From Octopus sinensis (lineage: Eukaryota), in contig NC_043025.1 of NCBI RefSeq assembly GCF_006345805.1, forward strand, positions 2,418,001-2,482,000: DNA of 64,000 nt, read 5' to 3'. Position 1 is the stretch's first letter. Each line of letters opens with the position of its first letter. The translations under genes were made by a program, and so were the position numbers. This document shows, piece by piece, positions 13,640 through 27,212 of this stretch. A model generated the notes under the pieces. The model was given only the letters and a program-made list of their open reading frames with translations, was not told where the DNA came from and ran no database searches.

Positions 13640-14480
13640 AATTGGAATTTATGAAGTTACAGCCTCCGGGAAAATCAGCAGAGAAATAGAAAGATTCCAG
13701 CATCTCACCTCAACCTTTTCTTTCCAATGTCTTTAATGACTGCATCAGCGATCCCTTTCTGCTCGTTGGTAAGGGTTGCAATGAGTGGGTGGTTCATGTC
13801 ATCTTTCTGCTCAACCCGTTACATTCCAATTGGTACAATCAAGCTAATATTAAACCAGCTGGTGCCATTTTCAATAAACACAGAATTTATGGAATGTAGA
13901 GTTTGCATTCAGCCCTCGGTGATCATAATCTTCCATCATAGAATTCTTGTCAGTATTCCACAGGCGAAGAACATTGGAAGAATTTGAATAGGTGCAGAGG
14001 ACAGCAAACGTAATACGCAACTGAAATGTCATCCGATTCGCAGTAGCTTCAAGTATAGTATGCTCCAAAACCTCATCATTTTGGAGGAGACCAACTCATA
14101 TGTACGCATCTTTAAATGTTGCATAGGTTTCACCTCCTACAGTGCTCACTTCTCAAAGCGCTCAGCACCTGGAACATACAAAATACCAATTTTGAATAAT
14201 TTTTTTTACGTCCTTAAGGTTTTCAGGGTGCAGTTATTTCATTGCAAGGGGAAAAATTGTAGCGCCTTATATAAACCGTTCTTTTGAAACGTATTTCACA
14301 CTTTCGTAATTGTACATTTTCACACCTGGCACTTCCAATCTCTTGTTGTTCAATTATGTGCATGTTCCCATATAACTCAGCCTAAGGATTTACTTGTTGC
14401 ACATGACACCCATTCTTTGAGAAGAGCTTTGGGAGTTCTGACTTGCTTCCACTCTGCGATGCATAAATAATATACAACTG
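13640..14480 (-). mobile_element. Helitron Rep/helicase remnant, internally deleted
   Basis: QLRITFAVLCTYSNxSNxLRLW..DKNSMMED (Rep-helicase linker), decayed F.D.PGG Walker-A approach near 13660, and an N-terminal NPYAELY-like segment. Confidence 0.75.
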
Positions 14481-14539
14481 ACTGTACTGCAGGTGACCAT
14501 TGACAGTTCGTAGTGTTGTGCGAAGTTTGGCACTGAATA

Positions 14540-17500
14540 CGTTCTATATACTGGTATTGGATATATAATTTAACGAAGCTGTTTACACGACGCAATACGA
14601 TTACTATTACATGAGACTCGACGCTCTCTGCCAACGGATCATAGGGAAATGCTTACCAATCAATTGTTCACAATCAATTGCTTACGACTAGACAGTTCTC
14701 CATGTAATGGAAATGTGTCAGACCACTTTTAGTCAGTTGTAATGTTGTCAGAATCTTTCCACAGCATATCCCCTTTATAGAATTAGTCTCCCCTAAATTC
14801 TCCACTTGAGAATTAAAGTCACTCAGAGTTTTAATATCTCTTATGCTTAGGGCTCAATTCTTGTTTCCGTTCTTTTCGTTTTCTGGTGCTAGAACGTGTA
14901 ATTGCAAATTGTTTCTGTGCTGGTACCTCAAACGTGTCGTGCAATACTTTCATGAGAAATTCACTTCTTTTGTCTGATTTTTCCTTGAATCAGGTTTTAA
15001 GTTGGTTAATAAGTCTTTTATGTTCGATATTTGTTTTACCTTTTACCAGGAATATCATTCTTGCAATTTATTTAACAATTGTACCATCCTCCCAGCCTTG
15101 TTTAATATATGTATAGTTCTTTAATAAAGTTTGTCAGCTAACTTGAAGAATTTTGAAATATTATTCCTTTTTTTTTAATTTTCACTCGGTATCGGCTGAT
15201 CAAAGATGGATCTGATTATTCTAACAAACATCAAATATCTTTGTAACCAGAGATGTTTGCTTTCTACATTTATGCACTTCAGACCGTGTTGAAAAACATT
15301 CCCCAACAACGAAGTGACATGAAACCTTAAGTGGTTTTGGCCACGGGTGCCATTTCGTGACGGGTGTATTATGAGCTAGAGAACAGCGTATTGCATACTA
15401 TCACTATATCTTCAATGTTACAGTCCGTTGTTGGCCAGTATACCTAACTTCTCATTAACGATTTCATTATTGAAATCCCTTTGACTCAATATGAAATTCC
15501 TTTAGTAATTGCTTTTGTAGTGTGGCTGGCACTACGACTCTTTGTGCATACATCAGCACATTGTCACACCTTGTGATAGGCTCGAATATATTTTATCTCT
15601 TTTACCCTTTTGCATTTCTTTCATTTTTTAATGAATATATCGTTTCCCAATTGTAATTTCATATCTTGTAAGGTAAATAGCAGTTCACGCATGGAGTTAT
15701 ACCGTTTGCTTTTAATTTCATTTTCCATTCGCAAAGTAGCAATCACGGTATCTTCAAATGGTTCAGCATTATCTGAAATCTGTCTTGATAAACAATTACC
15801 GTGTCCTAATTATTTAGATGGTATATACTCTATCTTAAATTCATAGTTTAATGATACAGGACCACAGCGTTGCAGCCTATTAGCAGTACGGCTAGATATT
15901 TATTTCTGTTACTCATATACTGATAATAACGGACGATGATCTGTCTGTATTCAAAAACTTCTGCCGTGTAAAAATCTATGCAATTTTTACGGCAAAAATA
16001 ATTACAAGAGCCTCTTTTTTGATTTGGCTGTAATATTTTCTGCTGATATCAAGAACCACCGCCTTCATGTTACCATCTTTTTATTTATGTAGCATTAGTG
16101 CGCCGATACAGTATTCAGAGGCATCTGAAGTTACAACATTCTCCTCTACAGAATCGAAGCGTGCTAACAAATCAAATGTTAATACTTTAAAATTTCGTCG
16201 AATTCCCTTTGACAATTTTCAGAGCAATTTCAATTGACATTTTTTAAATACATAATCTACTGTAACACTTACCCTATGCATATTGAGAATAGGATTTTGG
16301 TCATAATTTGCCTTTCTCCAAAGCAATCATGTAAGGTCGTCATATTTGTCGGAGGGGCATGTATTTAATTGCGTCTGCCTTCAACGGATCTGGTCCTCGT
16401 CCATTTCTTTCAATTTTATTTTCGGTATTAAAAAAATTGACGCTTTCTTTTTCAATGTAATCCCTAATTTCTTCGAACATATATATTACTTGCTCTACAT
16501 GGTGATCCCGTGATTCGCATTTAATGAGTATATCATCCAGATATGGAAATGCAAATTTACTATCGCTAACAGTGCATCCATAAGCTGTTGAAAAATCGGT
16601 GTGACATTAAAGACATATAATAACCTGTTGTATATATATATATATGCGTTACGTTTTAGGTATTTATAGCATTCATCGTCTACGCTAATATGTAGGCACG
16701 CGTCGGAGACATCCAATTAAGAAAATACCTTGTGGAAAGTTTTAAGACACTCATTTAAACCAGTGGAAAAAATCAGCATACATTCTGATTTTGTTTATTT
16801 GTTTCTAACGCTGCAAAAGTTTATCTGTTCCCACGATGCAAAAGTTACAGTTCGTTTATATTTAAATACCGGTTTGGCATTTACTTTTACTTGGAACTTC
16901 GTTTTTGTTGTGATACTGAGATCTAATTTATCAGAAAGAACTTCAGGAAAAATCTTTTAAAATTATTTCTACAAATCGTCCGACGATTCATTTGTATTGG
17001 CAAGAAAACCATTCACATTTTTACTGAAAAGATTTATGGGGAGTTCCAATAAGTTAAGCAATTCTATTCAGTGTTCCGAATAATTTTGTGATATCTTTGG
17101 TTTTTAAGGTTTTCCTACGAAATGGGACGTGATTTATCATTACACCATTAAAATGTAATTATTTTCCTGAAACACCACCTACAATTTTCGAAATGTCTTT
17201 TAATCTAGGAATTCTGTTTTGTTCTATGTATCTGTGTTAATTATCGAGATATCACTGCTCTTATCTAGTTGCAACTTTACGTACACAAATTTCCTTTGAG
17301 GCTGTTCGTTTTTTGGTCACCGATAACCTGTTTTCGTGTTTTCTTTCTGTTGAAATGTTTTCCAGGTTTGTTCTACAGTGTGATTTTTTATGATCTCTCT
17401 TGCCACATTTGACTCCTTTTATATTTTTAAACGGGCAATTACTTTTAAAATGTTGACCACCGCACCATAAGATTGATTCGATCTTGACATTTTTTCTCTT

Positions 17501-18820
17501 ATTTCTTATCCGTTACAGTGGAGACACTGGAATATGAGAGCAATCTTTTTCTTCAATTTCGTTTTGGGCGTCGCTTTCTTCATTTTTTCTGCGTCGTCTT
17601 TCCTGACATTCTTCTGCTTCTGTTTGTAGAGTTACTTTTTGTCGAGTTCTAATTTTGTTGACATCCGTGAACATATATCTTCATCTTTGCTTGCAGTTTG
17701 GCCTTAAACCAAAAATATGCATTTGAACATCATCTTAATTCATATGATTTGAATTTTTTACACTTTCCGTTAACATCCTCGGCACAGGTGACGAAATCTT
17801 CATGTTTTTGGACAAAATGTAAAAACTGTCCTCAAGTATTTAGCAGAGAACTTCTTTCCCTGAAACGTTTTGATAAAATTTCGTTTTTGGATTTTAAACG
17901 GGCAGTAACTTTTAAAATGTAGACCACAACATGGACTCCTTCTTGACATTTTTTGTCTTATTTCTTGTCCGTCACGCCTTTTATATTTTGAAACGGGCAG
18001 TGACTTTTAAAATGTTGACCACCGCACCCACAACATGGATTCGATCTTGACATTAATTTCTCTTATTTCTTGTCCGTTACGGTGGAGACACTGGAATATG
18101 AGAGCAATCTTTTTCTTCATTTTTTTCTGCGTCGTCTTTCCTGGCATTCTTCTGCTTCTGTCTGAAGAGTTAATTTTCGTCCAGTTCTAAATCATTTGAT
18201 AAAATGTTAATAGTTTTTATTGAAACAAATCTCACCTGACTTCATGGGCAGAATATAATTACTATATTTTTTTGTATTCGGCAAGTGATACCTGTCTTAC
18301 AAATAGTCGTACTATTTTTCCCCTCAGATCAATTTATAAATTCTTCTTTGAAAATTTATTCGTATCTTCGAAAATATGCAGAGAAGGTAATCCCATCTTC
18401 TGGATTATAACTGAATTCTTCAATAGAGATTGCTACGCTGTCTGGCAAGTTCACACCTGAAGTATTTTTAGACTTCTTTAACATTGATTCCAGCAACTCT
18501 TGGTTTTGTTGTTGTTGCTGTTGTAGTTGCTCTTGTTGTTACTATTGTTGCTGTTGCAACTGCACCACAGACGCCAATATGCCTTCTATCTTAAACGATT
18601 TTTCTTTGGTAACATACCCATCCCAAACAAATTTAAACGTCCAACGCAAACTTCGAAGAACTCTTCGCCACTATTATACCCTGGTTTGGAACGTATGATT
18701 TAAGGAATCAGGGGGAAAGAAAGTGTTTACACGACGCGAATCGATTACCCAACGCTCTTTGTCAATGGCTCACAGTGAACTATTTACCAATTAATTGCTG
18801 AAGACTCGACAGTTGTCTAC
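14540..18820 (-). mobile_element. Degenerate Ty3/Gypsy LTR retrotransposon
   Basis: PBS-like TGGCGAAGAG (18661-18670, minus), poly-Q gag start, CCHC-like knuckles near 17380-17470, protease LQLDKSSDISII, RT remnants, RNase H SDASEY...YSQIKKEAL, integrase zinc region VYWP, purine tract followed by TG at 14763. LTR-like similarity between ~14540-14700 and ~18672-18820. Confidence 0.85.
17420..18190 (-). repeat. Internal duplication of the Gypsy gag zinc-knuckle segment
   Basis: 17420-17650 resembles 17980-18190, with a third partial copy at ~17890-17975. Confidence 0.8.
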
Positions 18821-19350
18821 TTAATAGGAATATGTCAGTACCATTCTAGTCAATTGGAAGGTGGTCGGAATCCTTCCACAAAAATACAGAAACAACGTAG
18901 ACCTCTTCCTTGCGGCAGAGAGAGTTTCACACGAAATAACGTAAAGGAAGATATGCAGTTGTAATTGCTGATGATTTTTTTCGAAATGAAGCAGACTCTT
19001 GGTAATTTTCTCAGACAAACGCTTCAATGTCTGAGGGTTTAGTTGCAGTGGAGGAAAATTCCCTTTCTTATTGTGACAGTAAAATGAAGTTTTCATATTT
19101 AAAGTTCAGTGCACCACAATACTCGCAATATAAGTACATATCACCAATACGATAGGTTCGTTTAGGATTATTGTGTCTGTTCAGTGGTAGTCCATGTCTT
19201 CCTTCACGCTTTCGTTGCACCTGTTCAACTCGCAAACGTAACGCCTGTTCAGCATTCATACTTGCAACTCCATCTTGATGTCTCTCTGCTTGACCTTGGA
19301 GACAAGCAGCCCTTTCCAAATCATCCATATTCTCCCTTCTCTGTTACATT
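18821..19350 (-). mobile_element. Helitron N-terminal remnant
   Basis: IGDMYLYCEYCGALNFKYE..YCHNKKGNFPPL resembles the Helitron CxxCxA...CC..G zinc-finger region. Confidence 0.65.
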
Positions 19351-19351
19351 G

Positions 19352-19406
<55 letters not shown>

Positions 19407-19438
19407 TATAGATATAGATATATATATAATATATATTG

Positions 19439-19506
<68 letters not shown>

Positions 19507-20254
19507 AAGCTTTACATATGACACTGTAAATAAGTGTAAATATTTAACAGAATTGCAGTTATGAGCATGCGTTAAGTGAAAGGTGGTATAAAATACTTAG
19601 TTCAATTGAAAATTACTTTGCATTATGCACTCACAATTACCACTACCACCGTCACTCACTCCCCTTTCTCTCATTTTCTCAGTTTATCTATCTATCTTTT
19701 TATCTGCGTATCTGCCTTCCTTTAATCTCACCATCAGAACATCACCGCTCTGCTAAAATTATATTCGTAACCCTCCTCAATATCACTACCTTCAACTAAC
19801 TTTTTCATCACGTAATAAATATTACGTTCCCCCTACCACATGTCCTCTCCCTCTTTTTCTCCCTCGCTCTTTTTTCTCTCCCCTTTTCTCCTTCTCCCTC
19901 TCTTTCTGCCCCACTCTTCGACTTACTTTCGTTTTCTCATTCCTTTTTCTTTCTCTTGGTATCTCATTCCATTTAACTAATCACGTGAAGCATTACAGAC
20001 ACGCTCCTTCTACCTCAGGTCATGGACATTTCTCTTTCGCTCTTTTTCGTTCTCCCTCTTTTTCTCTAATCACGAGAAAGCTTTACCGATGGACTAATTA
20101 ACATAATGACAAGCAGAATTATTATAAGATCAGAAATATTATATTTAAGTTTTCTTCATGACAGACTCCTTCGTTCCCTCCTTATTTTTTATATCATTCT
20201 TTTCTTCAGCTCCTACATTTTCTGCCACTTCTCTTATTGTTGTTTTAAAGTAGT

Positions 20255-20510
20255 TGCTGTTGTTGTTGCATATCATCATTATCATCACCATCATCATTAT
20301 CATCATCATCATCATTATCATCATCATATTCTCCTTGTTGTTGTTGTTCTTCTGCTTCTTTTTCTTCTTATTCTTCTCTTCTTCTTCTCCTGCTCCACCA
20401 ATTCCTCCACCTCCTCCTCCTTCTTCTTCTTCTTCTTCTTCTTTTTCTTCTTCTACTACTACTACTACTGCTACCACTACCACTACTACTGCTGCTGCTG
20501 CTTCATCGTT
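20255..20510. repeat. Compound trinucleotide microsatellite (CAT/GTT/TTC/CTA/CTG)
   Basis: Direct reading. Confidence 0.9.
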
Positions 20511-20861
20511 GTTTCCTTTTTCGGCCTATTCTTCATTATCAACTTTCTCTTATGTTTGTCATCTTCTTCATAAGATCACGATATGTCATCCAATGTCATT
20601 TCCACAAACTAAATGTCTCTCTTATCTTCTTTATTTACCCTCATTCTTATACAATTCATATTGTCTTGCAATTTGTGTTTGCCTGTGTGTAAGAAAGTGG
20701 GAATATATGTGAGGGCTGGAAGTGAGTGTGTGCGTTCATACATCAGGGTTTGATAAGGTATATATAGGTGGATGTGTGTATGTACACACACAAAAATATA
20801 TATATACACACAATATATATATATTTATATATATATATATAGGAATATAAATATATATATT

Positions 20862-21308
20862 TAGGAATGATCATTTTGCCAGTTTAGCCAATAAAAACAC
20901 ACGCACTATATATTTCGTGTTACTTTCATTCAGCTTTATTGATTTTTGACATTAATCTTAATCTTATTTCGGCCAGATTTCTTTCGAACGTATATAAACA
21001 GGAGATTCAAATATTACAGGCATCCCCCCCACACACACACACTCTAACTAAACATAGACACATATAGATGTATATCCATATGCGCAAATACAAAATGCAA
21101 AATGGCTGATCGTTAGTAAGGAGAGACACACAAATATGAATGAAGAAAGCAATGAACCACTGATGAGGTCACAGGAGTGTGACGAAAGAACTCTGGCCGA
21201 AATAAGGGTAAGATTAATGTAAAAAATAATAACGCTGAAGCAAAGTAACACACAATATACCGTGCGTGTGTTTTTTTATTGGCTAAACTGGCAATATGAC
21301 CATTCCTA
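20862..21308. repeat. ~125-bp inverted repeat pair, probably Penelope pseudo-LTR remnants
   Basis: 20862-20986 is the reverse complement of 21183-21308, with scattered mismatches. Confidence 0.8.
21157..21196 (+). ncRNA. Minimal type-I hammerhead ribozyme-like motif (Penelope-associated)
   Basis: cca-CTGATGA-g-gtcac(aggagt)gtgac-GAAA-gaac-TC-tgg: intact core, 5-bp stem II, 3-bp stem I (cca/tgg) and a minimal stem III. Confidence 0.55.
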
Positions 21309-21377
21309 AATACAACAAGTATCTGTTTCAACACACGATTTCACATAAAAATTCTTGAAAACAAATACATAAACGTG

Positions 21378-21496
<119 letters not shown>

Positions 21497-21725
21497 TGCG
21501 TTTGTTTGATGTGTGACTATAGTTTTTGTATTTATATTCCTTTATTCCCACTTGTTTCCCAATTCTGATATTCCACGTTATGTTTCTTGTCTTAATATAT
21601 CTTCTTTTCCTGCATTTATCGTCTTCTTCACAACTTTTTCTCTACATTCATCTTGTTCATCATTTTCTGGTTCTTCTGCTTTTAAATTTATCATCTGCTT
21701 TCTCCTCTCTTCACGAATCATATTT

Positions 21726-22150
21726 GCTTCTTCTTCATCTTCTTCTTCTTCTTCTTCTTCTTCTTCTTCTTCTTCTTCTTCTTCTGCTTCTTCTTCTTCT
21801 TCTTCTTCTTTTCTGCTTCTTCTTCTTCTTCTTCTTCTTCTTCTTCCTCTGCTTCTTCTTCTTCTTCTTCTTCTGCTTCTTCTTCTTCTTCTTCTTCTTC
21901 TTCTTCTTCTTCTTTTTCTTCGTCTTCTTCTTCTTCTTCTTCTTCTTCTATTTTACTATATCTATAATTCTATGATTTATTTTCCTTCACCTTCGTTATT
22001 CTTATCAAATTCTAATTTTCCATCACATCTTTCATCATCATCATCGTCATCATCGTCATCATCATCATCATCATCATCATCGTCATCGTCATCATCATTA
22101 TCATCATCATCATCATCATCATCATCGTCATCATCATCATCATCAGTATC
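21726..22150. repeat. (TTC)n followed by (CAT)n microsatellites
   Basis: Direct reading; source of the poly-S/L/F ORFs. Confidence 0.95.
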
Positions 22151-22578
22151 ATCTTCAGCGCTATCATATATATACTCCTTCTGCTAATAATATTTTCGTA
22201 TTCACTAATCGTTATAATTTATCATGTCATCATAACTATTTCCTTCCCTCATTTACTCTGCTATTTCTAACATGCAGAATCATCATCTCCTTCGTTATGA
22301 ACATCATAATAATCAACGTCGTCATCATCAATTAATCGGTAGCGTTTGTCATCGTTTTCGATAATAATCATCATCATTTTTCCTTCTCACCGTCATTATT
22401 ACATTTACAATCAACATCGCAATCCTCCTCCCCCTCATCATCATCATCAACATCATCTCAGCCATTTTCTCCTTCACCGTCCTCTTTTTTTTAATATGAT
22501 TCTAAAAATACATGATTTAATGTTTTATAAGAAATCTTTTTAATACTTTTTTCTTTTGAATTGTGTTTTATGTTTCAG

Positions 22579-22650
22579 ATATCTCTATCATAATAGGATC
22601 ACAACCATCCAACAAGGATCCTTTCAAAATTTTCCAAGTTTGCACACATT
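22579..22650 (+). CDS. Single internal 72-nt coding exon encoding one typical-class leucine-rich repeat of a large multi-exon host gene
   Basis: Pyrimidine tract plus tttcag acceptor ends at 22578; gtaagt donor starts at 22651; length is exactly 72 nt. Frame a|TAT CTC TAT CAT AAT AGG ATC ... CAC ACA TT| reads YLYHNRITTIQQGSFQNFPSLHT(L), fitting (L)xLxxNxIxxIxxxxFxxLxxLxxL. Both introns are phase 2 and there is no stop codon. Confidence 0.88.
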
Positions 22651-23349
22651 GTAAGTTGGTTAAGTTTTTGATATTATTTTATTCATGAATATTTTTCTAG
22701 GAAATTAATGTATTGTCATCTTCCTTTTTCTCTCTCTATCTCTAACTAATGTCCTGCTACTATTTTCATGTTAGAGTGTGTATGAAGATGTCAATGAGTG
22801 TTTGTGTCTCTATGTGACTGCATTAATGTCTAACATTTTGTGTATGAGTGTATGATTGTACGTGAATATGTATGTTTGCATTTGTGTCTATAGGTGGGTA
22901 TATTATGAAATATATATTTATGCAGAGTTATACTCACTACAAGAAAAGAAAGTATAGAAATATATTCATCCTCACTTTTTTGAGATACTGGTTCAATAAT
23001 ATGAGTTATTTTAAACTCTACAATTACATGACGTGCTGAAGTTGGTAGTCGTCATTTTCTATTTGTACAGTGAGCTACAACTGGGGCAATTTGGTCAAAC
23101 TGTCCAGTGTGATGGCTGCATATGCCGTTTCAATTTCTTTAGGAAGGATGTTAATTTAGCTAGTCGTCCACAACATAAAACAACGTTTGGTGTGTCCCTC
23201 GTACGTTCGTGTCTGTGTGTATGTCTAATAATTTTACTTATGTTGATATATTTTTTAAATCATTTCTATTTTCTTGTTATTGTTTTGCTTCTCCATCTTG
23301 TCAGTTTTCTTCCTACTTATATTACTTTTTCTTCATCACAGACTTCTTC

Positions 23350-23501
23350 GTTGTTATTATTGTTGTTGTTGTTGTTTTTGTTCTTCTTCTTTCTCTTCTT
23401 CTTCTTCTTCTTCTTCTTCTTCTTCTTCTTCTTCTTCTTCTTCGTCTTCTTCTTTCTTCTTCTTCTTCACCTTCTTCGTACTAAAATTATTATTATTATT
23501 A

Positions 23502-23534
<33 letters not shown>

Positions 23535-23540
23535 GTATTA
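23350..23540. repeat. (GTT)n-(TTC)n-(ATT)n compound microsatellite
   Basis: Direct reading. Confidence 0.95.
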
Positions 23541-23767
23541 ACTAACGAAATACATTATAATCGAACCAAGTGACACTGAGTTTTTTGAGCAGAGTACTTT
23601 TTGAAATGTCAACTGATGAGAGACATTTGCAAAGAAAGATGCACCGCGGCCAATCGACCATTATCTCATCCATGAGGGGCCGATTGAAGACGGGTTGAAA
23701 CGGCAGTAGTGATTAATGTATCACGTAAAATCCATTTTCCATTTCCGTCATACGTGTGTGTGTGTAT

Positions 23768-23801
<34 letters not shown>

Positions 23802-23944
23802 TGCATTCGCTTTGGCGTTGGCATGGCTGTGTGATAAGAATGTTCCTTCTATATTCAGTCCTTATGCGTGTACTCTGGTCTCCAACCGAACAAACCTGTT
23901 TATGTTGGTTGATTGGGTACACGGTAACTGAAAGAAACCTTATG

Positions 23945-24681
23945 TTACCTGAGCAATAATACAGCGCTCTCAGCTTTTCTGACACTTTTGGAATCCAGCC
24001 TGGACGTAGTTTTCCGTAGGTGAGTCGAGGACCTCTTGATCTTGACGACGGTGTTAAATTCACTCTTGATCTCGACCTCTGAGCTGATTTTCATCATGAG
24101 GAACAGATGCAAGTCAGCAGGTGGTAAATCTGGCGAATAGGGCAGGTGCGGAAGCGATAGCATGTTGTATTTGGCAAGAAACTCACGAGTGAGGTGATAG
24201 GTGCATTGTTGTCGAGAAAAATTCAATACTTCGCGAATCACAGAACCGGTCATTTTCCCCGAACGTCTTCCCTGAAAAATCTCCCAATGCACAATACCGA
24301 GGATGTCGGGAAAAAATGATGAACATGCTCTGGATGAAGCTGTAGATTTTCGTGCGCCCATACACTCGAAACATTAAGTACAACCCACTATCTCGCCGCC
24401 ATATGTTTGCCAAAGCCTGCTCTGTCTCTCTGTAGCAGACTTCCCAATTTTAACACAAAATTACACTTTCTTCATTTCTTCCAATTTCCTCTTCATGAAA
24501 AAATTGCAGATTACAGTATCACCAAATTGCAAATTCCACATCTTCGGAAGTATATAAAGCGATGTCGCTCAACAGGGTGCCTCATGAACGTCACTGATAG
24601 CTACCACCACGCATACAATCGTATGCAGCCATCTGTTTGCGCACTATAGAACTCATTCGTGAAATTTGAAACGACCTGGTA
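23945..24681 (-). mobile_element. Mariner-type transposon remnant (paralog of 9163-10016)
   Basis: REFLAKYNMLSLPHLPYSPDLPPADLHLF motif; TIR-like end at ~24655-24681. Confidence 0.85.
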
Positions 24682-24688
24682 CATGCAT

Positions 24689-24760
<72 letters not shown>

Positions 24761-24979
24761 TTATAGATATGTATGTATGCCATACATACATATATGCATA
24801 CATACATACATACATACATACTTATATATATAATATATATATATATATATACTAAATAAATATTCATACATGCAAACATCTATCTCATATACATATATCT
24901 GCTTGTGTTTGTGTATTTATATACATACACTTATAGATATGTATGCATTTCATGCATACATACATACATACATGAATAA

Positions 24980-25041
<62 letters not shown>

Positions 25042-25959
25042 ATATATATGTATAAATATATATGTATAAATATATATATATATGTATGTATAGATTTATA
25101 TACTAAATATATATTCATACATGCATACATGTATCTCATATACATATATCTGCTTGTATTTGTGTATTTATATATATATATATATGTAAATATATATCTA
25201 TATCTATATTATGTCTCTCTCTCTCTCTCTTTCTATTTACCTATCTATCTATTCGTCGTCTACGGGACGACTATACTGCCATTTAACCACAGGAACACAT
25301 CAGTTGATTTATTCAGTTCGCTTCTCACACTCGATATTTAGTGCAATCGGGAGATAACACCTGCTTCCGTAGCTTAAAGACTCTAGCCCACAGGTCTCGA
25401 TCTGTATTTGATCTCCTTGGAGGTGGGTAGTCGTCGCCAGGCATGTCAGGAGTTTACTTCGCTTGCAATATATAGAAAATAGTGTCACTGATTGTGTGAC
25501 TAGGACACTAAAATTTTAGAAGATCTCTGTTCGTGAAAGAAGCAGTATAAGAAGCAAAAAATATTGCCCATGATCACTTTACAGTGGCTATATATATGTG
25601 ATATATATATATATATATATATTCATGTATGTATTAATACATTATACACATCAAATTACACATAAACACATACCTATAGTTACGTACATATATGTGTGTG
25701 TGCATGTGCGTGTGAGCGTTCGTAGTGCTTTCTTCTGTGTGTATGAGAGTGTGTGTGTATGTGTGTGTGTGTGTAAGAAAAATCATATTTAGTGACGGAA
25801 ATGTATGCTATTAAAATCTATTATATTGCATACAGTTTTTACATTACCATGTCGCCTTAATGAAATGCCTCACACACATGCATACACACACACGCACTCA
25901 AACTAAGCGATAAATTCATAGAGTGGAAAATTTTGCGTTGAGGAAATGAAAGACATTGG

Positions 25960-26004
<45 letters not shown>

Positions 26005-26144
26005 AGATAGAGAGAGAGAGAAAAATCTACTTTGTTTCTCTCACAGATTTTTAAATTTGGTATATTGATGAATTCTTTCATAATGAATCCGATTTTTTTA
26101 CCCTTGTATCTACCTAATTATATATATATATATACACGTATACG

Positions 26145-26197
<53 letters not shown>

Positions 26198-26510
26198 GTG
26201 TTTGTGTATATAGTTAATAAAAGGAAATAGAGAAGAAATATAGAGGATACCTGGCTATTTTTTTTATCTCGATGAAAAAAGTAATACGTACAATATTTAA
26301 GATGTAAAGGAACCGAATCAACAAATGACATAAACATAAAGCAATCCTACAATTGTTTCCATCGTGATGTTAGGTTTCGATCATCACCGTTTCAGCGATG
26401 ATAGATGTAAAATAACCCCGCATTATATGTCCAGATACCATCAGTGCGAATGTTTACTTTCTGGTGGTGATCAGTGAAATAACTAAGATGAAGATTGTAT
26501 CAGATATATG

Positions 26511-26552
<42 letters not shown>

Positions 26553-26580
26553 TGTGTGCGTGTGTGTGTGCGTGTGTGTG

Positions 26581-26695
26581 TAGGCGCAGGAGTAGATGTG
26601 CGCTAAGAAGTATGCCACCGAACCACATGATTCCAGGTTAAGTCCCACTGCATGACACCTTGGGCAAGTTTCTTTTTCTATGTTTTGTAGTATTT
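26581..26695 (+). mobile_element. tRNA-derived SINE head fragment
   Basis: taggcgcaggagt...aaccacatgattccaggttaagtcccactg...accttgggcaag is the reverse complement of the heads at ~33270-33340 and ~46865-46920. Confidence 0.7.
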
Positions 26696-26791
26696 AATAC
26701 ATTTTACATTTTTGGAATAACTGAACGTCGCGCATCCCGACTTTTGGTAACAGTAAGTTTGCATATACCTACATATGTAAATATAGGTATA

Positions 26792-27174
26792 CTAGCAGTT
26801 AAGGCCGATTTCACCCGGTCTGTTTGGATGATGTGGGTGTGATCGTTTTCGGCTTGGCATAATCTATAACAGCGTTTCTCAACCTTATCATTTCGGGTCT
26901 CCTGTTTCGATTGGAGCCTCCAGCTATATGAAAATTTATTTCCATCACAACCCCACCCGCTGTCAGAAAACAGCTTCAGGAGATGTGAAGAAAGAATTTG
27001 TACGTTGTCTGTTTCTGAGAGCTATTGCATTGGACCACTGTCTAATCATTAAAACATTTATTTAATTATGAAGATAGAAAGAAATTATACATTAATCCCT
27101 ATTTTTGTAAGCAGTTGTATCCATAAAAATTTTCTTTTCAGAGAGCAGAAATTGAAAGATTTGTGAAATGGACA

Positions 27175-27212
<38 letters not shown>

